A DNA stretch of 64,000 bases from a virus (lineage: Duplodnaviria; Caudoviricetes): IMG/VR virus record IMGVR_UViG_3300033463_000020; one strand, given 5' to 3'. How positions within the stretch are numbered: position 1 is the first letter of the stretch; each line of letters begins with the position of its first letter. The notes beneath the pieces were generated by a model. That model was given only the letters and a program-made list of their open reading frames with translations, was not told the DNA's origin and searched no databases. This document shows, piece by piece, positions 1 to 9,737 of the stretch. The position numbers and the translations under genes were made by a program.

Positions 1-115
1 CGATGGTGGGAGCTAAGTCTATCGTGTCAAGCACCATAGAATAATCATTGTATGTGTCGAACTGCGAGCTTTCAAACAAGGATTCCCTTAACGCATCTGC
101 GTCAATTAGTCTCAT
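1..115 (-). CDS. Hypothetical phage protein (MRLIDADAL-type), 3' end outside the window
   Basis: Manual translation MRLIDADALRESLFESSQFDTYNDYSMVLDTIDLAPTI; start overlaps the stop of the upstream gene. Confidence 0.7.
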   Translation of the reverse strand, partial: MRLIDADALRESLFESSQFDTYNDYSMVLDTIDLAPTI

Positions 116-629
116 CGGCTTTCTCCATTTCTGCGCCGCACATCGGGCAATATCTTAATTCTTTACACATTTGATTCAGCGGAACAACTCTCGCCCACCA
201 ATGCACCCAAAGTTTGCCACACGATGAACACATATAAAGCCCTTTGCCATCATCTATCCACTTTCCTTTCTTACGCTCAACAACATCAGCGGGAGGGATA
301 CTATATATGTCATGCACATCGACATACCCATATGCCCCCTCATGCGTTGCCAACTCTATCAGCTTGTTTGCGTCGATGTACCTTGGTGTCTTGTTTTTCT
401 TTCCCTCGGCTATTTGAACCATCTCACCGTGACTCAGGTTTTTCATCGCAAGAGCCGGGCATTCGTAGTTGTGGTCGCGAGTGCAAATGCCGTTGTGGTG
501 GAATGCGCAATAATCGGATTCCTCGGGATAATTACATTTCCTCGGTTTCTTCGGTTTTTCGCAGTTCGGGCATACCATCCGCCCCTCCGGCACTATCTCG
601 CCACAACAGATGCAGCGGTCTTCACTCAT
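102..629 (-). CDS. Hypothetical Cys-rich (zinc-ribbon) phage protein
   Basis: CxxC pairs (CICCG, CPNC, CSSCG, YCPMCGAEM) and RYIDANKL motif; coupled to neighbouring genes. Confidence 0.75.
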   Translation of the reverse strand: MSEDRCICCGEIVPEGRMVCPNCEKPKKPRKCNYPEESDYCAFHHNGICTRDHNYECPALAMKNLSHGEMVQIAEGKKNKTPRYIDANKLIELATHEGAYGYVDVHDIYSIPPADVVERKKGKWIDDGKGLYMCSSCGKLWVHWWARVVPLNQMCKELRYCPMCGAEMEKADETN

Positions 630-846
630 CGTCCCACTCCTCCCACTTCTTCCGAATATCGCTCGCGGAAAATTCCTCGTTGTCTCCGCGCTCGTTCAGC
701 CACTGCTCAAAGCGATTGACTTTCGTAAGTGCTCTAACGGCTGTTTCCAGCGCGTCAACGTAGACGCAATCAGCCCAGAATTCCTCGCACTCCTGAGCAT
801 AGGAGATTTTATGAGATAAATGTTTCACCGCATCATGTTTAGTCAT
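622..846 (-). CDS. Hypothetical protein
   Basis: AAGGAAAG RBS; first gene after the consensus promoter at 890-918. Confidence 0.7.
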   Translation of the reverse strand: MTKHDAVKHLSHKISYAQECEEFWADCVYVDALETAVRALTKVNRFEQWLNERGDNEEFSASDIRKKWEEWDDE

Positions 847-889
847 TGCTCTTTCCTTTCGTGGTAAAAATTGCCACTGTGCTGCCTTT

Positions 890-918
890 ATTATATTGGG
901 GTGGGGCTAGGGTGTCAA
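890..918 (-). promoter_or_regulatory. SigmaA-type promoter, CCCAATATAAT family
   Basis: TTGACA-17 bp-TATAAT on the minus strand with CCCAA directly before the -10 box. Confidence 0.85.
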
Positions 919-929
919 GTGCGCCGGAC

Positions 930-1508
930 TTATTTCGATTTATCCGAGGCAGGGGGATCTGATGGGGTCTGTGCGACCGCCGCCAGTAATGCTGCCGCGA
1001 TCTAACGACGATACGCGGTGTCATACTAGGACACTTCCTCGGTACGTGGAGAACAAACGATTTCTCCATTGTTTTCGGCACGGTTTTGTAAAAAATAGCG
1101 CAGAATCTCTGCGGGGCTTTCATAGGGCAGATATAAAGGCTCTTCGCCCAACAATTGTCGTAAAAAACTAGCCAGCTGTGCAGAAGGATACCAAATATAT
1201 TTAATGTAATACTGCCGTAATGCGCGAGGGTGCTCCTTAATGTAACGCTACCAAGAAGGTTCTTCAAAACCAATGGTTTCCCCGGCGTCTAGGCAAGAAG
1301 CGGTATAATACGGGAAAGCATCAAAATACTAAGAACGTGCGACAGCCCGGCATGCTTCCGCATAGGTGGTAGTAAAGGTAACAGGGATCTGTTCGCCCTC
1401 TTTTTTTACCAATACCAGATAAACGCCCACCTCTTTATAAAACAAACGTTTAAAAAAGCCCAGGAATCCGACTGTAAACCAGCGTCGTATCATAATAAAT
1501 AGTTCCAT
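930..1508 (-). CDS. Hypothetical protein, 192 aa, with 4 in-frame TAG (absent from the ORF track)
   Basis: AAGGAAAATAAACATG start; open to TAA at 930-932 when TAG is read as Gln; fills the gap between neighbours. Confidence 0.7.
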
Positions 1509-1519
1509 GTTTATTTTCC

Positions 1520-2260
1520 TTATGGTTCTGTTGTGATTTTTGATACCACATTTTGGAGGGTAGCTTGTGTAAGAGGGCCGAGATTTAATACCGGGTTTTT
1601 AGAATCGTCCGCCGGCACCTGCTCGTGCATCCAGACAAAGTCATAACACACGATCGGCTATTTGGAGCCTATCACGCGCATATTTAATCCGCAATATTTG
1701 TGCAAATATCGGGTCAGGGCCTCTTGCTGAACAGGAGAACACTGGTGCAACCCCGCTAAGTAAAAGATATTCTTACGATCATACCGAACCCAATAGCTGG
1801 GGTGAAAATTCTTGCGATAGAATACAATCAACGCCAGTAGTAGGGCCTTGCCATTGGCAGACAAGTCAGGCAGGGTTGCGCAAAATTCTGTGAACTTTTG
1901 ATAGTCCTCCAAGGTCAAAGAGAGCGTGGGAGCGGCTTCGGGGGATTCCGGTACTTCAAAAACAGCGGCGTCTAACAACGTCTTTTGAAAAGCGCCTGAA
2001 ACACAGCGATCATAAGCCACCGGGGCAATAGCTGAGGCCACAGTGGCTAGCAGCCCCAGCTGATCGGCCAAATAATTTTTGATTTCCTCGATAACAGTTT
2101 TTGAGGGCTTATGCTCAGCAACCCCCTGTAAATAGAGGGTATAGATTTGCTGCGCTTCGGAACTTTTTAATTTCAGAAACTCGCACGTAGACGCAACAGC
2201 GGCCGCCTCTGCTTTGGCGCGCATATCTTGTTTATTGCGAGCATTAGGTGTGGTCGCCAT
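1520..2260 (-). CDS. Hypothetical protein (1 in-frame TAG)
   Basis: ORF 1658-2260 continues through TAG to TAA at 1520-1522, just before the next RBS. Confidence 0.7.
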
Positions 2261-5213
2261 CGTTCTCGTCTCCTTGTGATTCTAGAATTTTTAATACGCT
2301 GTCCAATAGTGTCTGATCGGGATACTCTTCGTTTTCGATCATGTCTACGGCATCTAAAACATGCGATAGCTCATCATCCGAATCTTCGCCCAAATCTTTT
2401 AATGAATATGTCAAACCCAAATACGAGTACTCGCCGTCTGCGTCCTAGACCGGGCAATATGATTTACCGCGCGGTATAAGACGTACAACTTGGTCCCCCA
2501 GAACATTCCATGCAAAACCCCAGTTAAAGGATTTGTATTCTGGCGCCAAACGGGAAACATAAAACAAGAACTCCTCACCCGACATATTGGCGTTAACCAA
2601 TTCGGACTGCAGCGTTGTCACTAACGCATCGTGAGAGGAACGATAATATCGATCGTACAGCTCGTCTGTATGTGCCCCGGGATCCGAATACAAGATATCG
2701 GTAAGGGCGTGCAAATGTGTGATTTGCTTTCGAGCATTATAAGTTTTATACATCGTCCGCACAATACTTAGGCGGTCTTTGGAGAACTGGTCTGCGAATT
2801 GGGTTTCGAAAGTCGGTAACAATGATTTCGTAGTGGACTTTGTGCTTTTACCCCGGTCAAACTTAATATCGAAATCAATGCCTTCAATAGCTTTACAGAG
2901 CTTGTTCATGGTGCAGGGGGCCGTAATTAACGGAGAATACTTTTGATACTTTCGCACCAAATCGCGTTCTTCTTCGGTCTTGTCCTGCTTGGTTAACAGT
3001 TTTTTAAATTTGATACCAAAAGTATCACGGCTTACCTGGTTATATGAGAATTCAAATTCCTTAAACCGCTGGTTCAACTCGGGATAGATGTAGCGGAAAA
3101 AGTATGGCTTTTTACGCACAACCATTGCATTGGTTCGCATTTTACGAATAATTTCGTCTTGTGAATCAGTAGGTAGAATCTTTTCCGGGGTTTTCCACTC
3201 ACGAGGCAAAGAGGGCTTGTCTGCTCCCTTGATACGGTCGATCTCCTGGCCCACAATTTCGCGGAGCAGTTTAATACGCAGCATGATCTCATTGTACTGA
3301 TCTTCGTGTCCGGGTTTGTCAAATAGGGCTGCCATGGAATACAGGATTGTGGCGGTATTTGAAAATCCCCCTACGCCAGTACCAAAACCTTTAGAAACCG
3401 TCTGAGTAATATTGGGGATGGTCATTTTAGCAGGAACCGCCAGGCCTTTTTCATAGGTAATAATATTGTGGTCTTTATGTGCGCCCTTAATAAAATACTC
3501 ATTGTCTGTTGACAAGACAATGTCCCCATCAAAATCCGCATCCTCGGCCCGGAATGTGCCGGTATCGTGCGTGGAGAAGATGATGCCACTGGTTAAATAT
3601 CTATACCAATACGCCGCCTCGTCGGAATAATGCACTGTGCACGGATTGTGTTCATGCACGTCTATCATTGGGCTACGGCACAGATCCACGGTGTGCACGT
3701 TACGCTCTGTCCAGAATCGAGACCAGATCTCATCGCGCTGTAGCAGGCCATCAGAGGGCAAACCAAGCGCGGCCTGGCATTGCGCCACCGGATCAGAAAT
3801 CATGAACTGGTAATTACCGTGTATCCACACCTTGCCAATCTTTGCATGATCAATAGTCTCGACTAAATTGGAGTATAACTTGGATTGCACGTATGAGTCG
3901 TTCAAGAAGTCAATGTTTTTTATAAGGGCCTTAGTAATCGGCGTCTGCGCACTAGAATATAGAGAGTTAAATTGCACCCCCGAGGACTTGTGCCCAAAAG
4001 TGAACAGCATAGCAGCTAGTGGGTCGCCCGAACAAATGTCTTGCAACCACGTAATTGTTGGCTGTATCAGACCGTTAATATCTTCAGTGGTTAATGACAA
4101 CGCTTGTATATACTGATAATTGGCCAGAACGCACTCGTCGTCGTGGCGTTTGTTATAGCGCGCTACACCCCAGTGTATGTTTCCGCGTTGTGCATATGAG
4201 CAATACTCAGCCCAGCTATTATAATATTTCGCGGTTTTGAACTGCGATTCAGAGAGCAGAACGTCGATATCGTCGATATTATATTCTACTCCCCATCGAT
4301 CTTTAATGGTGGAAATATTGTGGGCGTGCGCAAACTCGCGAAAATCAAAGGTTGCAAGATTGCCCTTGATGAAGCATGAGCGCGCCACAAAGGAGCATGG
4401 TGTGTAACTCAAGCACATATCTTGCGCCCAAAGTTTCGCAAACTCCGGGTCGATTAATCCCTGGCCGTCAGCACAGTTTAGTTCTAGATCCATCCGGCGC
4501 TCAGTAATAAAAGCTTTGCCCTGGTCGTCATGGGAAATAAAATCTACGGGTTCTTTGGGCAGAGTGTGGAAGAAGTCTTTGATAATACATACTCGCGGCG
4601 TGCGCACCCAAAGAATGGAAGAAAAAGCGAGGGCAAAATATGCGCTATATTTAGCTAAAACAAATTCAGATGTCTTAGTCTCGAGACCGCAATTTAAGAT
4701 ATGAACCAATGTCTCACGATAGGCCTCGTTAACAAAAGTGGCCGTATTTCTCCGAATTTGTCCGCTACCGCTGCATAGGTAAATATATCGGACGCCATTC
4801 ACCACGAAACCTGTGGTCCGAAACTTGTGAAAATCTGTTTTTTTGCCATCCACAACGACATTAATGATGTCTTTAACGAACAGCACCTCCGAGATACGCT
4901 GTTCTAGCACATGTGCTTCCCGGTATTGCCCCTGCTTCTTGTACAGACGAGCGTTGCTGCGCAATTTAGAGACGTAGCTGAAAATCTCTTTGTGATCACG
5001 ATGATCATTGTGTAGATAGCGTAGCTACTGCAGCACCAAATTATCACCGATTGATACAACCAGATCGCCGATCCGGAACTCATCGGTGCCAATGTTGACA
5101 ATGCTGTCATCCCGAAGACGGTTATATAAATTTGGCGATGATAAATTGCAGTCGTTTTTGACAATTAATGAAGCAGGTAATTTGAAAATTCGGTATAGGT
5201 TTTGTACTACCAT
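2244..5213 (-). CDS. YonO-like single-subunit two-barrel RNA polymerase, 989 aa (2 in-frame TAG)
   Basis: ADGQGLI, FIKG, SQFK, CRSP and EDADFDGD motifs typical of YonO and RdRP-like enzymes; ORFs 5025-5213 and 2445-4964 are one frame joined through TAG at 5025; extends through TAG at 2445 to TAA at 2244. Confidence 0.85.
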
Positions 5214-5245
5214 TCCGATCCTTTCTTAGGGGGCTTATGCGGTGG

Positions 5246-5968
5246 TTAATCCCCACCGCAATATATAATCAAATTTGAATCCGCTAAGTCGATGGCACGT
5301 TGGAGCGCGGCTGCCAAGCGTTCGATCGCTCCGCGATAGAGGGGGTCGCCCGAGGTGTCGTACAATAATGGCGAGGAGTCATCTGCATCCACGTCAAATT
5401 CTACGTGCCCCAGCGCATCGTTGTTTAGGAACACATACGCTCCGTCGGCTGTAAAAACTGTCTTTTTGTCTGACGAGTCATAATAATAAGCATCCAATTT
5501 AGCTACCGGCAAAATTGGGTGGTCTTCCAACCACTTACACCAATATTGATATAATTTGACTAAATTTTCTTTGGTAAGATAATAATAGTCATCGGATCTC
5601 GTTTTTTCAGGGAAAACCGGGGTAGCGTACTCCAAAATTGATGAATGAAAACGCCTGCCAATACTACACCAGAAATCGATTAAGCCCGGATCGCGTCCGT
5701 TGGCCTGCTGAAATCGCCGGAGATAAGCATCCAAGACATGATCGTCGCATGTCAGATATTGCATTGCTGCATGATCGCAAGCATCAAATTCAAAAGTGTA
5801 ACCGTTAGCAATTTGTGTTTGATGCCAGTCATCCTCCAGCTGATGCTCATATTCGGCATATAAATACATGGCCAAAGTCTGTGCTGGCGTGAACGAGGTG
5901 TTGATAATTGGTATAAACGACAATACGCATTCAAATCCCATGGTTTTCCTCCTCTTCGCCATGTTCAT
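5246..5968 (-). CDS. Hypothetical protein
   Basis: Long ORF in a tightly packed minus-strand block; the true start may be the ATG near 5941 after GGAGG. Confidence 0.65.
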   Translation of the reverse strand: MNMAKRRKTMGFECVLSFIPIINTSFTPAQTLAMYLYAEYEHQLEDDWHQTQIANGYTFEFDACDHAAMQYLTCDDHVLDAYLRRFQQANGRDPGLIDFWCSIGRRFHSSILEYATPVFPEKTRSDDYYYLTKENLVKLYQYWCKWLEDHPILPVAKLDAYYYDSSDKKTVFTADGAYVFLNNDALGHVEFDVDADDSSPLLYDTSGDPLYRGAIERLAAALQRAIDLADSNLIIYCGGD

Positions 5969-6344
5969 GCATTGCGGCTAATTGTACCAGTTCGCCGTGG
6001 CTGTAATGTGTTGACGGTGTTGTGGTGAGCGTGCTGCATGTAATTTTCCAGGGGTTGTTCGAGCACCATTGACATGGCGAATCGCCAATCTGAATTTGAT
6101 CCCCCTTGGGTTTACTAAGACAGCCGGCACAGGGATCTTCGTTTTCTAAAATTACAGGCGATTCGATTACGGGTATAATCCGGTCAAATGTACGGATTTT
6201 TTCTAATTCTTTCCTGGTTTCTTCACATTCCTGGCGTAGTTCTTGAATACGTACAGCTAAAGCATCCAGCTGCTTTTGCACCGCTTCAAAATCATACTTT
6301 GGCGTTGCTGGCTTTGTTTCAGTTTTATAGCCGTGTTTTCTCAT
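5931..6344 (-). CDS. Hypothetical protein (coiled coil plus CxxC)
   Basis: AAGG RBS; overlaps neighbours. Confidence 0.65.
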   Translation of the reverse strand: MRKHGYKTETKPATPKYDFEAVQKQLDALAVRIQELRQECEETRKELEKIRTFDRIIPVIESPVILENEDPCAGCLSKPKGDQIQIGDSPCQWCSNNPWKITCSTLTTTPSTHYSHGELVQLAAMHEHGEEEENHGI

Positions 6345-6651
6345 CCTTATGCTCCTGTTGTAACCAAAGTTTTAACATAAATGTAGTGGGTGGTGTATCG
6401 GCAATTTCTGGGAAGAACTTGCAATGGTGGTTCAATTCGCAATACGCAAAATCTAAATATTTTTGTTCTTCACCATACCGGGCGGTGACTGCTGGACAAT
6501 TTTCACAATATGTTGTATTCCACCATTTAAGCCACGGTACATCGTCAAATCGCTCACTGACCGTATCAAGCCACTCGCCAAGTTGTTCCGCCGAGCAGGT
6601 GCGGATCCACTGTAAATTAGTCATTGCGCGCCTCTGGTTGAGGGACCGCAT
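6325..6651 (-). CDS. Hypothetical protein (MTNLQWIRT-type)
   Basis: Common small phage-protein pattern; the start may be at MTN. Confidence 0.65.
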   Translation of the reverse strand: MRSLNQRRAMTNLQWIRTCSAEQLGEWLDTVSERFDDVPWLKWWNTTYCENCPAVTARYGEEQKYLDFAYCELNHHCKFFPEIADTPPTTFMLKLWLQQEHKDEKTRL

Positions 6652-6916
6652 CTATTTTTTTAATAATGCTGCTTTCGATGAAATGCTTATATAATGTGCC
6701 GTGCTCGCCATCATCTGGGACCATGATATCATATGAGACATCTTGGTCCTGGTCCCAGGTACCCCAACGATCAATAATAATGATTTCGCCCGTTTTGATG
6801 ACCGGAGGCTGATCGACGGCAAAAGACACTTTAAATTGTACGATATCTCCGTAAGTATATTTAGGTTGTCCCAACATTTTGTAGCTCCCCCTTTTTATCG
6901 AAATGATTTGGAACAA
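6617..6916 (-). CDS. Hypothetical SH3-like/KOW small protein
   Basis: PKYTYGDIVQF...YDIMV...LYKH pattern; probable start near 6877 after an AAGGGGAG RBS. Confidence 0.6.
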   Translation of the reverse strand: MFQIISIKRGSYKMLGQPKYTYGDIVQFKVSFAVDQPPVIKTGEIIIIDRWGTWDQDQDVSYDIMVPDDGEHGTLYKHFIESSIIKKIDAVPQPEARND

Positions 6917-7377
6917 AATTCATAGCCTTCAGGATCCTTAAAAAACGTTTGCCGTTCATCGAACGTCATCCTATACTCAAAGTGGCTAATGGGGCCATAT
7001 TCTGGCAAGCGCGGATCATACCACTTGTCGTCCGGGTCGTTAACAATAGGGATTTTAGCCATTGCACCAGCGACTCCGCCATTAAATTTTAAAACGCGTT
7101 CTTCGAATTCATTCCAAGTATATGTTTGCCCATATTCATCGATGATCGTGATTTTTGGAGCAAAAACATCATAAAATTTTTTCATATCGGCTACCGAATG
7201 TAAGAGAGTGTGTTCTTCAAACAGGGGCAACCAGCCAGCGCTTGTTTTGGCTAAATGAATTTCATAATGGAGGTCCGGCCTTTCAGCAAGCTCGTATTCC
7301 GCAGCTGAAAACATGTGCGTGATCTCCTTATGTTTAGTTGAAAAGAAAAAATTGGTTCCCATATGATACCTCACCAT
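6895..7377 (-). CDS. Hypothetical phage protein
   Basis: MGTNFF...HLAKTSAGWLPLF...IIDEYG...DPEGYEF pattern. Confidence 0.7.
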   Translation of the reverse strand: MVRYHMGTNFFFSTKHKEITHMFSAAEYELAERPDLHYEIHLAKTSAGWLPLFEEHTLLHSVADMKKFYDVFAPKITIIDEYGQTYTWNEFEERVLKFNGGVAGAMAKIPIVNDPDDKWYDPRLPEYGPISHFEYRMTFDERQTFFKDPEGYEFCSKSFR

Positions 7378-7628
7378 AAAATTGCTGCCGAAATATTATT
7401 CCATGCTAACGTAATGACAACGTCATCGCGTGGAATGGCACATTGCTCGGCAATTATTCGAGTGTATTCGTTAATGTCCACTGTTTCACCCGTGGGGCCT
7501 TTTACCAGTTGTTCGCCGAGTGCCAGCCCTCCGGCGTATGCCTGGAGTTCGGGATCGTAATATTTAACTTGCGACGCCGTGGCAAAGAAATACGGGATAT
7601 ACTCTAGTTCATTGTTCATAGTATCCAT
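7371..7628 (-). CDS. Hypothetical protein
   Basis: ORF packed within the operon. Confidence 0.6.
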   Translation of the reverse strand: MDTMNNELEYIPYFFATASQVKYYDPELQAYAGGLALGEQLVKGPTGETVDINEYTRIIAEQCAIPRDDVVITLAWNNISAAILW

Positions 7629-7630
7629 TT

Positions 7631-8008
7631 TTAAAAATATCGTATCACGGTACTAGTGGGGATTTGCGAATTTTCAGCGGCGTCTAGTGCCACAACGTCG
7701 TATTCCGTTTGTGTAAGTACGTCAAGTTCTGACATATTGTCTGTGATCGCCAAAATACATTCTAGGATCTCAGGCAGCTCAGATAGCGTGCAAAAATATG
7801 TGTGGCATCCCGGATTGCAACTATCTAAATTGTATTTTCCTAAAATTATACGATAAGCGCAATTCTGGGCCGGGTTAGAGGATCCCAGCGCTCGCATACA
7901 ACGCCCCTCCGGGGATACAATACTAACATGAATTAGACGGTCTTTGAACATCTAATCATAATTTGTATTGGCATAAGTATTTAAATTGTCCATATGTGGT
8001 TTAGCCAT
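7631..8008 (-). CDS. Hypothetical protein (probably 1 in-frame TAG)
   Basis: ORF 7631-7951 extends upstream through TAG (7952-7954) to ATG at 8008, nearer the AAGGGAG RBS. Confidence 0.55.
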
Positions 8009-8093
8009 AGCAAGATTTAATATTTTGTCTCCCTTTTGAAGTATAAAATTTTCTGCGAAAGATGGTGGATTAATTCTGGTTACCACCAAATAT

Positions 8094-8122
8094 ATTATAT
8101 TGGGATTGTGTCATAATATCAA
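8094..8122 (-). promoter_or_regulatory. SigmaA-type promoter, CCCAATATAAT family
   Basis: TTGATA-17 bp-TATAAT with CCCAA before the -10 box. Confidence 0.8.
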
Positions 8123-8161
8123 CTTTTATATTACTATACGCGATCGATATCGGGTATATTT

Positions 8162-8491
8162 TCACCCCCGTTGTTTCTTGGAAAGATTAGTTTTATACTC
8201 TCCCCAGTATAAATTATTAGCAGCGTTATTGTTTTTATTGCCATCTCGACGGAATACGCAATGATAATGCTGTGGATCTGGATTATTCACGAAGAGTTGT
8301 GCAACCAACTGATGAATCTTCACCCATGTGCCCGTATGAGTTCCAGGGGCGGCATGCAAGCACAAGATCGGATTGCCGTGGTCCCCGATGATAGGTTTCA
8401 AATATTGACCAGTGGCTAGGTATTTAACTACCCCGGCATCGTTGATTTGATATCTTCCTTCGAATCCAGGAATGTCTTTCCATATAGGCAT
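8162..8491 (-). CDS. NUMOD4 plus degenerate HNH endonuclease protein
   Basis: WKDIPGFEGRYQI (NUMOD4), IHQLVAQLF and VFRRDGNKNNNAANNLYW (HNH-like, usual His missing). Confidence 0.8.
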   Translation of the reverse strand: MPIWKDIPGFEGRYQINDAGVVKYLATGQYLKPIIGDHGNPILCLHAAPGTHTGTWVKIHQLVAQLFVNNPDPQHYHCVFRRDGNKNNNAANNLYWGEYKTNLSKKQRG

Positions 8492-8521
8492 GCTCTTGCT
8501 CCTTAGATTTATTCTAATAAC

Positions 8522-8634
8522 AATATGAATCTTAATATGATTCTAATATATATATGAATCTTAATAGGAATCTCTGTTTAATGATTCTCTAATGAATCTC
8601 TAATGATTCTACAATGATTCTCTCATGAATCTAT
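8522..8634. repeat. Array of nine ATGAWTCT-like units, last five at an 11-bp period; candidate iterons/origin
   Basis: aatgattctct aatgaatctct aatgattctac aatgattctct catgaatctat at 8580-8634, plus four looser copies upstream, in AT-rich intergenic DNA. Confidence 0.75.
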
Positions 8635-8683
8635 AAAAATATAGACCCCGGGCAAATTTGGACCACCAAATAATGCTCGATGG

Positions 8684-8768
8684 TATTATATTGGGGTGTG
8701 GCCATTTGCGGGTGATTTTTGTATGTGAAAAGATAGGGGTGACAATTATCGCACACCCCAATATAATA
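8684..8768. promoter_or_regulatory. Divergent promoter pair forming a 17-bp perfect inverted repeat
   Basis: TATTATATTGGGGTGTG (8684-8700) and CACACCCCAATATAATA (8752-8768); the rightward copy has GTGACA-17-TATAAT, the leftward copy lacks a -35. Confidence 0.75.
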
Positions 8769-8800
8769 AGACTGGTATTTAATATCCGGAGGTATTTATT

Positions 8801-9646
8801 GTGATTTTAGATTGGGCAGAACTTTGTTCACGGATATATGAAACGCGCGCTTTAGTACGTGATGACCCATCTGATAACAAATAGTATCGCAAACAGGAAG
8901 CGGTATTTATACGGTATCTGCATTTGGTACACAGTTTGTCTCTGGAAGATTGTTATGCAATTTGGACGAGTTTAGTAAATGGCACCGCCGCGACTTTTGC
9001 GAACGATCCTAATGCACAGCGCCTCACTTTTACCGCGATCTGGTATCAGGCCTTTACAACGTATGCTGGCGTGGATTGCGTGCACCACTTAAAACCTATT
9101 GCGATTTTTACGAGTGAGTTAGAATATCTTAATTCGCTGCCAGTGCCGCGTTGGATCCGGCAATACTGGGGAGCATTGTTATTTTATTATAAATTTGCTG
9201 TTCAGTTAAATGCACGGGTTCCCAAAACTTCGACTGTGATAAACTGGTGCCTGCGTCAGACCGAGCGTCGCTCGGCAGTTTATGGCGGAGATCATCATTG
9301 TCAAGAGCAGATTTGGAAGAGTGCCCACACTTTACCTGACCGAGTTATTTTAGACAGCCCGGGTACAAAAGACTTGCCGGTGGCTACATATAAGCCCGCT
9401 TTTTTAGCCGAGACTGGCTCTGTGTGTTATCAGGCAAACTCTTTAACTGAAGTCGGGGGTTTCCTGTCGTTGATTACTGCGCCTTCGCGGACTTGTGCAT
9501 GTTGCGGCGCAGCGTTTGAAGTGAACTCTAAAACCAAGCGCCAACTATGCCCCACATGTTATCAGATACATCGCCGGGCAGCAAAACGTGCGTCCAAGCA
9601 AAAATGCGCTGAGGCGACAGGAAAAAGCACATTACTAAATATATGA
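8801..9646 (+). CDS. Hypothetical protein with C-terminal zinc finger (1 in-frame TAG)
   Basis: GGAGG RBS and GTG at 8801; in frame with ORF 8924-9646 through TAG at 8882; CACCG...CPTC. Confidence 0.7.
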
Positions 9647-9737
9647 TAGGGGAGTAAGAGAAAAATCTATATATGCGCGCTCCCATGAGCCGTAAAAGGT
9701 TTCGTTAAGGATAGTAAAGGTAAAAAGGAGATAATAG

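Noticed and set aside
839-1273. 144-aa minus-strand ORF from the track
   Set aside because: It runs across a consensus promoter and overlaps the better-supported TAG-containing gene 930-1508 in another frame
8522-8634. CRISPR array
   Set aside because: Units are 11-16 bp with no unique spacers, and no cas operon is present; the Cas4-like domains have other contexts
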